64,000 bases of DNA from Paramecium tetraurelia (Eukaryota). The translations under genes and the position numbers were made by a program. Below the pieces are notes generated by a model, which was not told where the DNA came from, did no database searches, and saw nothing but the letters and a program-made list of their open reading frames with translations. The stretch is taken from contig CT868252.1 in the NCBI GenBank assembly GCA_000165425.1, forward strand, positions 248,001 through 312,000, read 5' to 3'. Each line of letters begins with the position of its first letter. The stretch's first letter is position 1. This document shows, piece after piece, positions 41,941 to 56,654 of the stretch.

Positions 41941-43184
41941 ATGTTTTTCGATATTTTCATCATTTTATTGATATTGTTTCTGCTATATCAAGTGTACTAA
42001 TACAAAAGGCCATCCATAAAATTAATTTACAAAGAAAACGAAGAAATAAGATAAATCATATCGAAATGCCCTTCATTATTCACATATTTTCCAACTCCTT
42101 ATTTGAATGGGTTTTTGCATACAGTATTGTCTTCATTTAAGCATCCAACTGAAAAACATTCAACAAATAAGGAGCATATTGAAAATACAGGAATGTCAAT
42201 TGATTGGATAGATAGGGGACATGGAATCGACAAAAATAAACCACTTTTATTTATAATGCCTGGATTAACAGGATCTGTTGAAGATGGCTACATCAATACT
42301 ATAGTAAGCGAAGCTCACAAATAACATTTTCATAATATATGTGTTTACAATTATAGAGTTCTGCAGAAGGAAGGAGATTTTACTTTCAGGCCAAAATTCT
42401 ATAATTATGGACTAAATATGAACCCATAAAATTATGATGATCCTTATCGAGATTATGAACATTTTGAGGAGGATGTTATTTAGAATAAGAGAACAAGAGT
42501 TGATTTGCCTGCAGATCTACACCATTGTTTAAGTTATTTAAAATAGAAATATCATTTTAATAAAATACTAGCCATAGGTTGTTCATATGGAGGAGCATAA
42601 TTGGGTAACTATTTAGGGAGATTTTCTAATATCAGATTAGTTGATGCGGCTGTCTTAGTATGTGCTCCTCATCATATGTTGATTAATTAGAAATATTTGT
42701 CCTACTCAATGGATATTGCCTTAACAAAAATTTTAAAAGGGAAATTGAAAGAATGTAACCCTAAACCCGAATGCTACTAAAGATACCCTATAGAATGTTA
42801 GAGAGTTGTTAATAGAGCTTTATCAGCCAATTGGATAAGCGATTTTGATGCAAATTTTGTTATTTAGCTCTATGGATACAAGAGTGTAAAAGATTATTAT
42901 TAGCATTTTTCATTAGCTAATAGATTCCCATTAATAAATGTAATAATAGAATAAATTTTTAGATTCCAACTCTATGTATATGCACCGAAGATGACGATGT
43001 TTGTCATATCATGGCTTTACAGGAAAATCAACTTTAAGAGAGTGCTAAAAATATTATATGCGTAGCAAAGGCAGGAGGACATATAGGGTTCTTGGAAGGA
43101 TGGAAAACGGAATCAATTTGGTTTCCAAAGCCTGCTATTGAGTACTTAAAACAATTTGCTGAAATTCATTATAAAAATCATTGA
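41941..43184 (+). CDS. Alpha/beta hydrolase, ABHD1-3/YheT family
   Basis: N-terminal TM, PGLTGS, GCSYGG nucleophile elbow, EDDDVC, GGHIGF. Confidence 0.9.
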
Positions 43185-43606
43185 TTATATAAATGGCTTT
43201 TTTGATATTAAAATAAATGATTGGAATCTATATAAGATCAATCAAGTGGTTTATTATTGAACAAAATCATAAAAAAATATCAGTCAATTAAAATTTTATT
43301 CATCTCATGAATACTAATTTTGATTTGTTATAAGATTTTCTCTTAATATATAGATAGATTCTTATTTCATATACCAAGAAGCTTAGAGACTAACAGTATA
43401 TTTTTGACAATATACTACGATCTATAAATATTAGAATATAGGCATAATAATAAAATTACTTAATTGTTGTTATTCACAATATATTGTTATTGATAATTCC
43501 TTGTTATATGAAACGAGTTAAGTAATTATTTTACATTATTCACTTTTAACAAGAGTGAAAAATGGAATTTTATAAAGAATAATGATATTTAATATATTCA
43601 AATAAT

Positions 43607-45214
43607 TCAACAGTCTTCAGTTATTTCATCAACTTCTTTTATTCCCAAATCACCAAAAAATTAAGTAAGCACAGAGCTCCTTTTTGGAACACCCAAACTA
43701 TCTAATTAATTGATGACCTTGGTTTGATCTTCAGGAGTGAGATTGATACTAGATTCAATTTGGGATCCTAATTATTGAAACAGCTTTTAAGAATTATTCT
43801 ATTGAAAATTAGATTCCTATTGCTCTTACAATTCTTAACTTTATTGGATAGCAAAATCCCCAAAAGGATCTCCAGAACCTTTAATGTCACAAATTTTCCC
43901 TTTAAATAGGATAATATTTATACTTAATGCATCAGATTGAGCTTAATAAGATATTTCTTGCCTACTTCCAAATCTACTCATTAGAACATTGCTACTTCCG
44001 ATGGAATTCATTAATTATATTGGCCCTCTTTTTTCATTCTATTTCTATGTAATATGAATGTTTCCAAAGTTTCTTGTTAACTCTTCTACATCTACTCTCT
44101 CCTGGTTATTTTCCCCTTGCAGTTTCTAGATCATATTACCCAAATTTGAGTTGTGGTAACCAAAATAATTGTTGTTGATGGCTAAACTTGTTTGTAATTA
44201 TTTCATATGTTTATTACTATTATATATAAGATTCTCCAAATTTGTACTGATGATCAGAGGCGTACTTTCTTTCTATTGCTATTCAAAAAATGAATTCCTC
44301 AATGCATCATCTATAGTAATTCTTTTCTAACTATCTTACTCCAGCATTCCAATAATCAAATTTTACAGAGGTATTTCTAGTTCTTTTAAATGTTCCTTAA
44401 ATTTCCATTTATCTGGACATTTCAATAACTCAACAAAATCTTGATATTCATCAGAATGTAATGGCAGTTTTTGAAATAAACATTAAAAGGCTATCACACC
44501 GATTGCCCAAATATCCACTTCTTTAGAATAACAAGATTTATGATAAATTTCAGGAGCACAATAAAATATATTCCCTGTTTTTGTCAACATTTCAATTTCT
44601 TATCCTTTTGATTAAAATCTTCTTGATACTCCAAAATCAACAACCTTTACTCTTACTTCAGATTATTCAATATTCTCACTCAAATCCACGAGAACATTAT
44701 CAGGTTTCAAGTCTCTATGACAAATGCCCTTCTGATGAGCATGTTGAATTGCTAAAAGTAACTATTTAATCACTATTCTAAGTTCCATTATTGTCAATTT
44801 TCGTTTCTTAATAATGGATTCTAATGAGTCGAATGCACAATACTCCATTATCAAATATGAAGTTTCCATCTTTTCATTTATAAACAATTCAATATCCTAA
44901 GCAATATTTGGATGTCTCAAACATCTAGTGTTATTAAAAGTTCTTTTAACGTTGTTTTATATTTCCTAATCTCCAGATCTCACTATTTTCACTGCAAAAA
45001 TCTCGTCTGTATCTTTCTTTTTTGCTACCTTCACTACAGCATGAGCACCCTAACCTAATCAGAATTATTATTAGTTTATACCCAAAGTCTATAATGCCTC
45101 ATATCTATCCTCAAATTTTAGAGCATCATCAAATTGATTAAGAGTGATAATCTCTGGTTTAACTTCATCCTCACTAAATGATATCTAAAACTTAAGACGA
45201 TGACTTCCATTCAT
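43607..45214 (-). CDS. Ser/Thr protein kinase (CAMK-like)
   Basis: LGQGAHAVV, FAVK, CHRDLKPDNV, DFGVS, TGNIFYCAPE, DIWAIG. Confidence 0.93.
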
Positions 45215-45262
45215 TTTATATATAATATTAAATACATGCGTTTATTTCATAACAATATCAAA

Positions 45263-47577
45263 TCAGATATTTAATGTCTTTATCAGGTTTCTAACCTCCT
45301 TGTACAAATTACTGAAATATCCTTCCACTTTGAATCCTTACTTTGTTTTACTTACTATAACCTAGCCATTATTCAAACTTATCTGACAAAATCCTAATTC
45401 CAATTTTAAATCCCCTCTCTTCTTTAATTCTTCATACAAGGCCAACAACTAAATATTCTAATGGCAAATCGGTTTTTTATTTTAGGTTGCCACCAACTTT
45501 AAAATCTAACTCATAGTTTGGGTATTTCTGAAGATTTTTAATTCCAATTTCCCTTTTACTTATATAGCTGATCTAATCTCAATCTATTTTTCAGACATTT
45601 CTACAAAAGGTAAATTTTATCCATCATTTAAAGAAATAAGTGATTATGCTTGGCTTTATTTTGCTACTGCTAATTACACACCACCTTGTCGAGGTTTTGT
45701 ACTTGGATTTAATATTAATAAATTCTAAGGGTTTAAATATTCTAGAAGCATTTAAGCATTTCTTAAATTTTAAGGTAGTTATTTAACAGATACTGTTGCT
45801 TAAACTGTCAAAACTTTTTAATTCTAAACTTTGTTCATATTAGGCATAGCAAATGTTGATTCTTGCAACTTCTATTTTTCATTCTCAGCATCTTATTCTT
45901 CTTCCATTTATTAGGTTTGTGTTTCTATTTATTATCTTCTCTTGCTCTTCATTAACTTAATATGTTTAGGTATATCTGAACCATAATCATCTCTTAAGTG
46001 AAGTTATTATATCGGTCTAAGTGGCTTGTCCAATTAAACTGTTGAAAATTATATTTATTCTTTAATATAGTCAATTCAAATATACCTTTAATTTCAGTAT
46101 CGATAAAATACTATTAATTATGTGACTTATAATTATTTTTATCAAATAAGGGTTCAAGGTTTGGTTTCTAATCACTAACAACTGAAAATTGATCATCTGT
46201 CTTTTAGTTACCAATATCCACACTCTGAGTTTCCACTAAATCAGTTGTACTTCCAGGCAAGTAAGTTGTACTCGGCGCATTAGATATAATTTTATTTTCC
46301 TTCTCGTTTGTTTTTAATAATAATCTAAATTAATAAATATCATTTACTTTCTTATATAGTTTAAATTTATTGAATAGGATTCCTTGATTTATAAATTCAA
46401 TTCAAAACTCTTCCTAATTTTCCCCATATTTTCATTAATTAAACAAGGTGGCTTGTCAAAAATAATAATTGTATTGTTTGGATCAGTTAATAAATTCTCT
46501 TGAAAGAAGGGACCAGAAAATAAATTATTATAGGATGTTAGTATAATTTATGATTTAATTTTAGATTAATTATCATAATTAAGCGATTAAATGTTATCCC
46601 AACATAAAAATTCTCCAAATGTCCTTGCTTTATCAACTAAATCAAGATATAAAACATTTATATCCCATTTCATTCCTACATACTTCTCATTTTCCTTAAA
46701 TATTTAATGTAGAGATTTAATTCCCTCCAAAATTCTCTCATTAGGGTAAAATGCAAATATTAATTATCCTTATTACTTTTTATGATATAAACTTAATTCT
46801 TCTTCCATTTTAGTCTTAATAAAGAATTAAGGAGGAATACTCAATTAATTGATTTATGGTTATACTATTTCCTTGGGATAATTCTCCAAAATAAGTAAAT
46901 CAACAATTTCTCTATGAAGAAGTGATTATTTTTAATTTTTAATTAACAATCGTTCAATATTCAAAGAATCGATGTGCAATTCTTTTATCATATTATAATC
47001 TGTGATGTAGATAATATTTAATGTGTTCACTTAAATTTTCCATGCACATGCACCTATAACCTTACCTGCTCTAATAGGACAAACAGTAACTTAAAACAAT
47101 CCATTCTCAAACATCATAGTTTCATTCTGTCCAAATTTTAATGGTTTAATTTGACGATATGCATCATCTGCAGCATCTAAAATTCTCTTCCAATCTTATT
47201 TAAAATCTTCTTCCATAATTTCTTTTTTAAGAAATGCTTATTATAAGTGTATCAATTGATCTACAAAGTTTCTGACTCCAAATTCAATTATTGGGCTTGT
47301 AGATAAAGTTTTTATTTAGAATTCAGAAATTAAAGGGAGACCTCCAGCATACTCAATTGATGGTTATGATAGTAGCACTAATTTAGACTATAATAGATTC
47401 ATTCATTACTTTCTAAATTTTATTCATATAATGCTTAATGTGATTGCATTCCAATCTTTAATTCAAACCACAATCTAACATGATTTATAATTTGTGATTT
47501 TTCTATTCAATTATCAATAACAAACACAATGCTCCATTTTCAGAAATGGTTTATACACTAAAAACTTCCACTTTCAT
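45263..47577 (-). CDS. CPSF2: Cleavage and polyadenylation specificity factor 100 kDa subunit (inactive MBL/beta-CASP)
   Basis: IMLDCG, VLLSQPSIEYAGGLP, IRAGKVIGACAWKI, IIYITDYNMIKELHID; C-terminus VEGYFSNLYKEVRNLI. Confidence 0.8.
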
Positions 47578-47639
47578 TTTAATCTAAAAATATAAAAATA
47601 CAAATAAATTCACTATTATTGTTAATAACATCTATAATA

Positions 47640-48400
47640 TGAATTATTAATTAAAAATTGCTTCAATCCTATTTTCTTTCTTTTCAGATGGTGTTTTAGG
47701 CCACGCTGAAATTTCACTGAAAAATAATAGTGGATAAAATTTTTGAGCTATTTTCTTAGACTTTAATTCTGATTGTATAACTAGAAATTTGTTAAAGAAT
47801 TTATTAACAAGTTGATTAAAAAAAGTGTGTATGATAAGGAAATAATCTTCAATGTTATTTAAAGAAGATAATAGGAGAGCAGTAGTAAAATTAGAAAATG
47901 ATGTACAGTTTATAATAAATTTAACAGCATATGATAGTATTAATTGATTTAATTAAATCAATTAAGTAATTGAATACCAGGAAATTTATATCCAAGAATT
48001 ATTTTGAAATAGATTAGTAAATAATTTTATTCATAAGATATTGTGAAAAATTTTAAAGTAGTAGCGAAATTCCTAATAAACAATTCTAGATTAAGCATAA
48101 TAAATTGTACGAAGAATTCTAAGTAATTATTATCCTTAGATTCTTATTCACTTAAAACAATGGGATATGAAAAATGAATGCCTTTTGAAATATCATTTGA
48201 TACCGATTAAGAAACACTTAAATTTATAAATTAAATAAGGCTAAAGATAAAATAAAAATGCATCGTTCAGTATTTTTTCCAAAGAAAAGATATTCTTTTT
48301 AAGTTAAAAGCAATGATATGATCTAAATTATTTTATAATTTTGAATTTAATATTGTAGGTATATTTTTTAAACTTGGAGATCTATGGGGATGAGATAATA
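47640..48400 (+). pseudogene. Possible decayed gene remnant
   Basis: Short coding-like segments (MNYQLKIASILFSFF..., EDNRRAVVKLENDV...) broken by TGA and frame changes. Confidence 0.25.
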
Positions 48401-48438
48401 AGAAAATTATAAATAACTTTGGTAATATTGATAATTGG

Positions 48439-51400
48439 TCAACCACTTTTTATTTAATGGGTTACTTAACTGACTTCTTCAATCCATACTTAAGCTATCA
48501 TTTAAGGCTCCATTGAAGCTTATATTTTAGCAAAACCAAAGTATTATTTACCGAATTCAACAACCCGGACCAATGTCGTTGGAGAATCTTCAAAAGAACA
48601 AGCAACTAGCTCTATTTTTTCTCTTTTATCTGAAGGGAATTATTTAACTTTCTCCATTGCTTTTGTGGGGTATTATGCTTATCCATCAGTGTAGAAAAAG
48701 ATAGAATGGCTATTTATATATGAATATTTACGAACTAAAATTGTCAAAATCTGGATTGTTAGCAATTTTATCAAAAGCAAGTTTTAATGGTTCATCAAAA
48801 TCAGTTCCTCCACCTCTAAATTGTATTTCCTTTTATTAAACTTAAGCATCAGGGATTTCATAATCAACTACACATCTGGCTTAGTGATTAAAAAGTATAA
48901 TAGTAACCCTAGATTCAGGATTTTTTTGAATTTCTTAAAGAAAAGCCACCAAGCCTTTTTTAGCTGCTTCAAAAAATGCTCCTTCCATTGAACCAGAGTC
49001 ATCTAATATAAGAATATAATGGGCAGTTTTTTAATTTCCACCTAATTAAACTTCTTACTTTGGAACATAAAAGACATCTTTTCCAATTTCTTAAGTCAAT
49101 TTTATGCAAATCATTCTCCCAATATTATCATTCCAAATCTTCATGAACTTCTCCTTCTGAATATTTAATTCATCCTTACTAAGACATGAAAATATCCACC
49201 CATTATAAAGTTATTTGATATCCTTCCATTTTTTAATTATTGATGTTTCTAATAGTGAAATTTAATAGTCATCCTATATTTCTTCACATGTATATAATGA
49301 AGGATGACTACCTATTAAGACTCCAGTCATACCTATTTTAAAATTAAATATTACCTCTTAATTAATGCCCATTTTAACATTAGTGTTTATGACTACTATC
49401 ATCAATTTCTTAATCGCACTTCCTCTTACAAAGCGGGCAAAATTACAAACAACCGATTTATCTCAGTTATTAAGCATCTAAGTCATCTTATAATTTTAGT
49501 GTTTCTAATTGAACCTGAATCAAATCTGAATTTTTAATGCCCAATAAAATCCTTTATTTAAAAGCTTAAACAAAATTAAATAATATTTATATTTCTTCGT
49601 CTGACTTTTAAATAGTTGAACATAATGGTAACTCAAATCTGTGAAAATCTTAAGTTTAAAACACATGAATTTTATCTTATTTTATTTTTTCTAATAAATT
49701 CTATTCTACGTATCCTTAAAGACATCCTAAAGTTATTTTAAATAATAATTTAGGAGCTTCATCAGGGTTCTCCTACTATACGAAGTAGTCCTTTGCTTAT
49801 AGAGGAGAAATAACATAATCATATAAATATTTTGTGTTTGCATCCACTTTTTGAAGATATGTCTTCAAATCTTATTATAGTTTACTTGTAAATTTGGTTT
49901 GAATATCTGATTTTAATTTATTAATATTGTCTTTCACGAATCTTTCAACATAATCTGTGTGATTTTTTATATAATGTAGTCTCTAATCATCAGTTATACG
50001 ATTATCATTTCTTTCCAGAATATCTTTGTCTAGTTATTTTATAATATCATAATTTGACTCTTTATTAAATCCAGCCCAAATTTATTTAGCTTCTTCACAA
50101 TATGACCTCTGAAATCTTGCAATTGTTTAATTTATAATTTCTTCTGCTAATGATTATCCTCGAATTTTGCTTTGTTCTTTATTATTCTATTAAATATCAG
50201 CCTTAAACTTCTGATATTGCACTTACTCTTAACTACTCAACTATTCTGAAGCTCTCTCACATGATCTATACTATTTAAAGCACAAAACTCTCCAAATACT
50301 AAAAATGGCATAATAATATATGCATCTTTCTCCTATATCATTTAAAATCACACCAAAATCTGAAAATTACATATTTAAATCTTTTATTTTACCTTCTATC
50401 TTTTATAAAATCCTTTTGATTAAACCATAACTAAATTATTTAGCCTTCATTTCTTTAATTTCATCAAGTATCATTTAATGTATTTCACTATAGACTTTTT
50501 TCCATCTCTCATAATTTATATCGCTCATTAAATCTTCAATATACCTAGCAATACTTTGCTTAAAAGTATTTTCATATTAAGAGTTTTAATTTCTATTTAA
50601 GATATAACTAAAAATTTATTCACCTCTATTAATTTAAGATCCAGTATTTTATTTTAAAATCACCTATTACTTAACTGATACTAAAAAAAATTCTTTTTCA
50701 TTAAACCTTCCTTTAAGACTTTCTATTTCATTATTCTAGGACAGATCAGTAATCAAAACATGTCTCTTATAATAATTCATCAAGTTTTTACAAATTTTTT
50801 TTATCATATCGATTGAAGAATCGTATTAAGCATCTCCGAAATATTACCTTTCTCCAGGTTAAAAGCAGGAAGATAGCATATTTATATCAAATCTAGATTA
50901 TTTATTAACAGAATTAAATAATTATTCTGCTTTTAATTTAGAAATTTCATAGCCAAACAAAGAGAAATTTTGTAAAAAAGATGTAAATGAATACTTATCT
51001 ATTCCCTTTTCCTTTTTATATAATTCAAGATCAATAGACAAATCTTTTTATTTATATTTATTGAAATCTTCTTTTGTTAGATATATGATTTCTACTTAAT
51101 TAGAATAAAATTAATTGATTGATAAGACTTAATTAGGTGAACATCTTGCAATTTTCTTTTCAATGCTTTAATTAAAATTGTCATAAAATAATTAATTTTT
51201 ACTAGAATTTGCTATAAACATGAGTTAAGCTGTCGATAATTCCGGTTTTAATATTTCTAATGATGTGAGATAGTCAATTTATTTAGGTTTTTCTTTATTT
51301 AATTTTGCAATGTATTATTGTTTATAACTATTTTCATTTTTTGTTGTCAAAATATAGTTTTTGAAATTTTCCTTAATTACCTTTAACAACTGATCGCTAT

Positions 51401-54400
51401 AACCCATAAAACTTTTATCTTATTTTTATTTGTCTTATGTTAATATTTCATTCCATAGTTGCTTAAACTTACTTTCAATCTTACTTTCATCCTCTTTATA
51501 TTATTTTAACTGGTTTTCATTTCCAATTAACTATTGAATAAAATGGTCAATTTTTATAAAACCCATTTTCTGTTAAAAATTAGTTTCTTAAATTCTAATT
51601 TCTGATAGCATTGCCAATGAGATGGCTGATCTTTCACTATCAATTCTAACTTAAACCATATTTTCATATTTTTTGATTACCTTTTTTGATATTTTATGTT
51701 CATTTTTTATTTAAGTTAATTTTTCTAAAAATTCATTGTTAATTTAATCAAATTAGGCATTCATTGATGTAGTAAATTCACTTAATATATCATTTAAAAT
51801 TTCTATAGACAAGCTTTCATTTCTCTCTGATATATTTTAATGAATTTGATTAATAAATTAAATTTTTGTAGGATACTAATAATTGTTTATGATTTCATTA
51901 AATTATTTTCTCATAAATTGATTTTATTAATGCTAAATTAACTCAGAAAATTCAAGTAAATCAGGTAAGGTTATAATGCTTTTCCAAGTGGTTTCAATTT
52001 TTTCTATAAAATATTTTAAATTTTCCATCTATCTTCTTCCATCTAAATCGTCTTCCCTTCCAAACTTATTTACATATGCTTGAATTATTCGAATTCCTTC
52101 TTCATAAGCTTCTGAAGAGAAAGTGCCATTTAGAATTAACTGGCGCCAATCTGCATACACCCCTTCACTATCATTTTTTTTCCATAACTTTTCAGTTGAT
52201 GCAAACCCTAATATCTTAACATTGTCTTCAGTAATTCCAAGAATTTCATTATAATCTATTTATTCAGTCTCCTAATTTTAATTGCTTAATTCGTTATTTA
52301 AATTTGTAGCTATTGACACTAACTAGACTAAAAAAGGATCGCGATTATTGACATCATTATTTTAATTAAAACACCAAGTAATTGATTTTGTACTTGTAAA
52401 ACTTTTCATTTATCCTAGAGTATATATGCACATTTCAACTAATTCTCTAAATTATTTTGTTATATCTCCTTTCACGTTTACAAGAATAATATCGCTTATT
52501 GATAATACAAAAAGTGCTATTTTTTTATCAAATTCCAAATCCTCTTAATTTGGGCTCTAAAGACCTTCAGTATCCAATATAATAATGTAGTCAAATAAAT
52601 TATTAAAATATGCTTTATTATGCACTTTCAATAATTGCAAATATATTCCTTTAGTACATCTACCAACACTTGTCCAAAAATGGCATCCAAATATTTTGTT
52701 TAAAATTGTTGATTTGCCAGAACTTTGTGGACCTAATACACTTAAAACTAAAATTCTTTCTTAACCTTGCTCCTTAAAGTTAGATATTAGCTTTTATAAG
52801 AATGGTTAATCGATTTTTAATGAATCACCATCTAAGAATTCAAATGGTTCTCCTTTAACGATCATTTCTTTAACAATCTTTAGAAGGATCAAAATCAATA
52901 TGTGATTGTTAACATTATTCTCTTTAGGATATAACTTCTCTCCAAAATAATTCTATTCCAATATGTCTTTTTGATATTATATCAGAATTCTATTTCAATT
53001 AAGCAAATTATTTATCTATTTTTGTTTGCATTTAAATTATTTATTCTTATAAATAATAATTATTGCCATTCTCTCTTTGATTTTATAACTTCTTCTTTTC
53101 TCTATTTAATTGTTAAATTTCTTCATTAAGTTTCTAATTTTCTCTTTATAGTTTGTAGGTATTTTTTTCGTTAAATTTTCTAATTTTATCAACAAAATGT
53201 AGATATAATATATAGTAGTTTGGTCTTTTAAAAATATTACAAAATTAAATTAAAATTTATGTAGGTTTCTATAAACTAATAGAACTTTACAATTGTTTTA
53301 TTTTTAAACTGATTTAATTGAGTTTTTGTTCAATTTATTTGTCTTAATGACTCTTTTAAATTTTCTAGTATTCATCTTTCTCTTTTTTGATTTACCATTC
53401 AATACTTCTCAATGGAAAAGCATTCTAATTATAGAAGCCATCCACATGCTCCATTTAGATTTGCAATTCTTTTTCAATATCTTAAAATAGATCTTGAGCT
53501 TATTGAATTTGAATTTTTTGATCTTAAACACAACTTACCATGTTAAATATTTAGTTCTTGTATTGTTCTTATTTCAATGTGAAAGATTTATTTTTATTGA
53601 TTAAATCAAATAAAAATTATGATGCTTATGCAATTTCAGCTTACTTCATTTAATTATTTAGATCATTATCTGATAAATCAATTATTTGCTAATATTAAAT
53701 ATTAAGATATTATAATTCTGCAGTTTCTTTCTCATCTAAATCCCTTATTGAATTTCGAATTAAAAAACAAATAACATTTTATTTATTTTTAAAAGATTTC
53801 AACTTTTATAAATTTTATATTGTTTCTTTAATTTCTCTCTCAGTATCTAATTAAATAATCCACATCCTAAATAGAGGTAGGATATCATCTAAAATTTCAT
53901 AAGGGATAAAACCATGTGAGTCTGCAACTGATAAATTTCTTGATCCATTAAATTCAAAATCATACATAATATCTATTGTTTGCTTATTCAGATAATTGTT
54001 GTCTGATATTTCAAATTTATATTGTTTATAAAATATTTTATTAATTAAATCTGTTTTTCCTATTCCTTTTTTGTTAGTTGGCCAAACTTAAATTAATAAT
54101 AGAATAGTTTTCCTCAAATACATAGAATGTATTAAAGTTAAATGTTAGTTTGTCATATTCTCTATCTTTTGTATCGTAAGAAGTTCTGTATAGTAATGGA
54201 ATCGGATATTGTTTACTAATAAGTTTTAGTAGCATCACTTTCAATTCCTCATCAGCATTATTATAAAATATTTAAAATATGGACTTTTAATTAAAACAAC
54301 CATATTTGGTCCTTAATTCTTCTTATTTAATTATTTATTTATTAATAATGGTTAAGAATTCAGATGATGGTTCTCCTCTTTTTATAATATTAAAGAAGAA

Positions 54401-56654
54401 TGGTATTAATTATTTAAAAGCTTCAGGGTCTTTAACCTTTTGAATCCAATTCTTCACCAATTCTTCCTATTATTGCTTATTTAACAAAGTCAATGAAATA
54501 TTAAAATCTTCTAAAGATATGTTTAGAGATCTTGGATAAATATCACGCATAATTTTTTATTGTAGCTTTGTAACTTCTAATTAATCTATGCCAAAATAGT
54601 TAATTTTTGAGAATTTTTCACTATACATATTGGGATTTTATTTGCAAAACAATTCAGCATCAATCTGTAATTTTTATATTAATTTATTTTACCAAAGGTA
54701 AACTAATTTAAAAATATTTATTATCTATTCCAAACTACTTTCACTTAAAAATAATTCAAGAAAATGATTGAAACAATAGATTGATGGAAATATTGAAAGA
54801 CTTTCTATGGCTTTCTTAAAATGTTTCTGTTGATTTTATCCTTACGATTACCTGAAAACCTTATATAATACTGTTATAGTTGTAATATAATCATCTAAAG
54901 AAATCTGATCTAAATTTCTTTGATATATTAATAGATGTATTTAATCAATTTACAAGTATTAAAAAAGAGGAAAGAAAAAATTGGTGTATTAATTCTCCTA
55001 TTCTAACTGTTAGTTTATTTAAAACAATCTTCTTAAAACTTCAAGGAGTTAATAATGATTTTAAATTAAATTTTATAAATATGATTCTATTAAAGTATTG
55101 ATGAGCGCATTTTAATTTAGAACCAATTTCAACTGATCATAAGAAAAATAGTAAAGCATTTAAATTTTTTTTTCAAGTGGTAAATTTTCATCGTATTCAG
55201 CAACTTTTAGAATATTTTCTTTCTCAGTTTGACTCCTATCTTATGATAAAACAGAATAAAGTAGTTAAAAATTAATTATGCTTTGATATGAATTTTCTAA
55301 AACAATTCTAAGAATAATTTCTAATTCTTGAGGATAAAAATTTTATTTTTATTATTCTAATATCAAAACAACTTTAATTAAACTATCCTACTTCATAATC
55401 GTTTCTAATAGTTTTGCTACTTTGCGTATCTTTTCAGCACTTATATTTGTCAGCAAATTAAAAAATTTTGGATTTTATTATGAATATGACTATGAATTCA
55501 AGTTTACGACATGCTATTTTTTAATCAGATTATAAAAATTTTTCTTCAATAATAATTTCTATCAATTCGCTGAAAGACCAAATTTTCCATTTATCCAATT
55601 CATCTTTTCTGACACATTAATTTTTGTAATACGACTAAACCCTATTTATTAGCTCCATATTAAGTTGGTTATTTTCACTCACTCTGCATTAGATGTATTA
55701 ATCAAGTTACATATACTTTTATACTTTATTATTTTAGGCCAAAATTTTTCTATAATGATTGTCAAAGCTAATTAAACAGTAGAAACACATCAAATAGAAG
55801 ATATTTTAAAGATCAAAATTTATTGGTAATAATTTTTCTATCAAATTTTCAACAATAAGAAAATTTAAATTCCCTGTAGTATTATTATTTAATAATTTAT
55901 TCAATAATTGAATTATTGAGTCATGTAATATTTTTAAGTCTTTCTTCAACAAATTTAATATTTCTTATAGAGCTTTTAACTGAAGTTAGTCTTAATTTTT
56001 CTATTATAACTACTGATAATGATATTCAAATTAAATCCAACTATTACATAATATTTCTCCTAATATTTGAAACAATCCTGTTTTTTCTTAATCATTTATC
56101 TCTAATTCTTTAGGTAGAAAAAAAAAAAATATCAAATTTTTCAAAATAATAGAATTTAATTAAAATGAAGTATTTCTACACTACAACATTAATTCAATAA
56201 TTCTAAAGCCATGATGTTGAAGTTTTTCAAAAATATGTTTTTACCTTTACAAAGAAGTTGGGAATCTACAAATTACAAAAAAGTCTCTTTCTTCTAAAAG
56301 TTAATGAAGACTTATCCAATCTTTATTTTACATTACATTATACAGTCTATCATATTATAAATTAATCTTCTTATTTTCCATTAATCCGAAATCGTTGACG
56401 CTGAATGTCTGTAAAATCCTCCTTATCACTCCTTCATTTAAACTGGCCCTCAAATTAATAAGGTCACTATTGTTAGGAAATTGTGAAATGAGATATTCGA
56501 TAGCCAATTTTTTATCTTCTTTTTTTTTCAATTATCTGAGGAAAAGGTCTAATATTTTCTTAAAAACTTCTTCTGAAGAAAAAATGTTATTTGATTTGTC
56601 TTCAGCTATGCTTTACAACTCCAAAGTCTTATTGTATTTTGATAATGCAGACAT
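48439..56654 (-). CDS. Very large inducible GTPase (GVIN1/URGCP-like) with C-terminal VWA domain, ~2700 aa; three apparent +1 frameshifts
   Basis: YPIPLLY; degenerate P-loop KGIGKTDLIN; IGIELFWRE; GEPFEFLDGD; G1 VLGPQSSGKSTILN; G2 GRCTKG; G3 LDTEGL; GCLQFCPLCKRKC..H..GH; VWA MIDAS LILDDSGSM, GGTDF, FYTDG. Confidence 0.88.

Noticed and set aside
54665..54692. Intron-like GTAAAA...ACAG segment in the GTPase gene
   Set aside because: The frame reads through intact without splicing; removing 28 nt would break it.
56118..56129. A12 homopolymer as another frameshift
   Set aside because: It encodes FFFF in frame on the minus strand.
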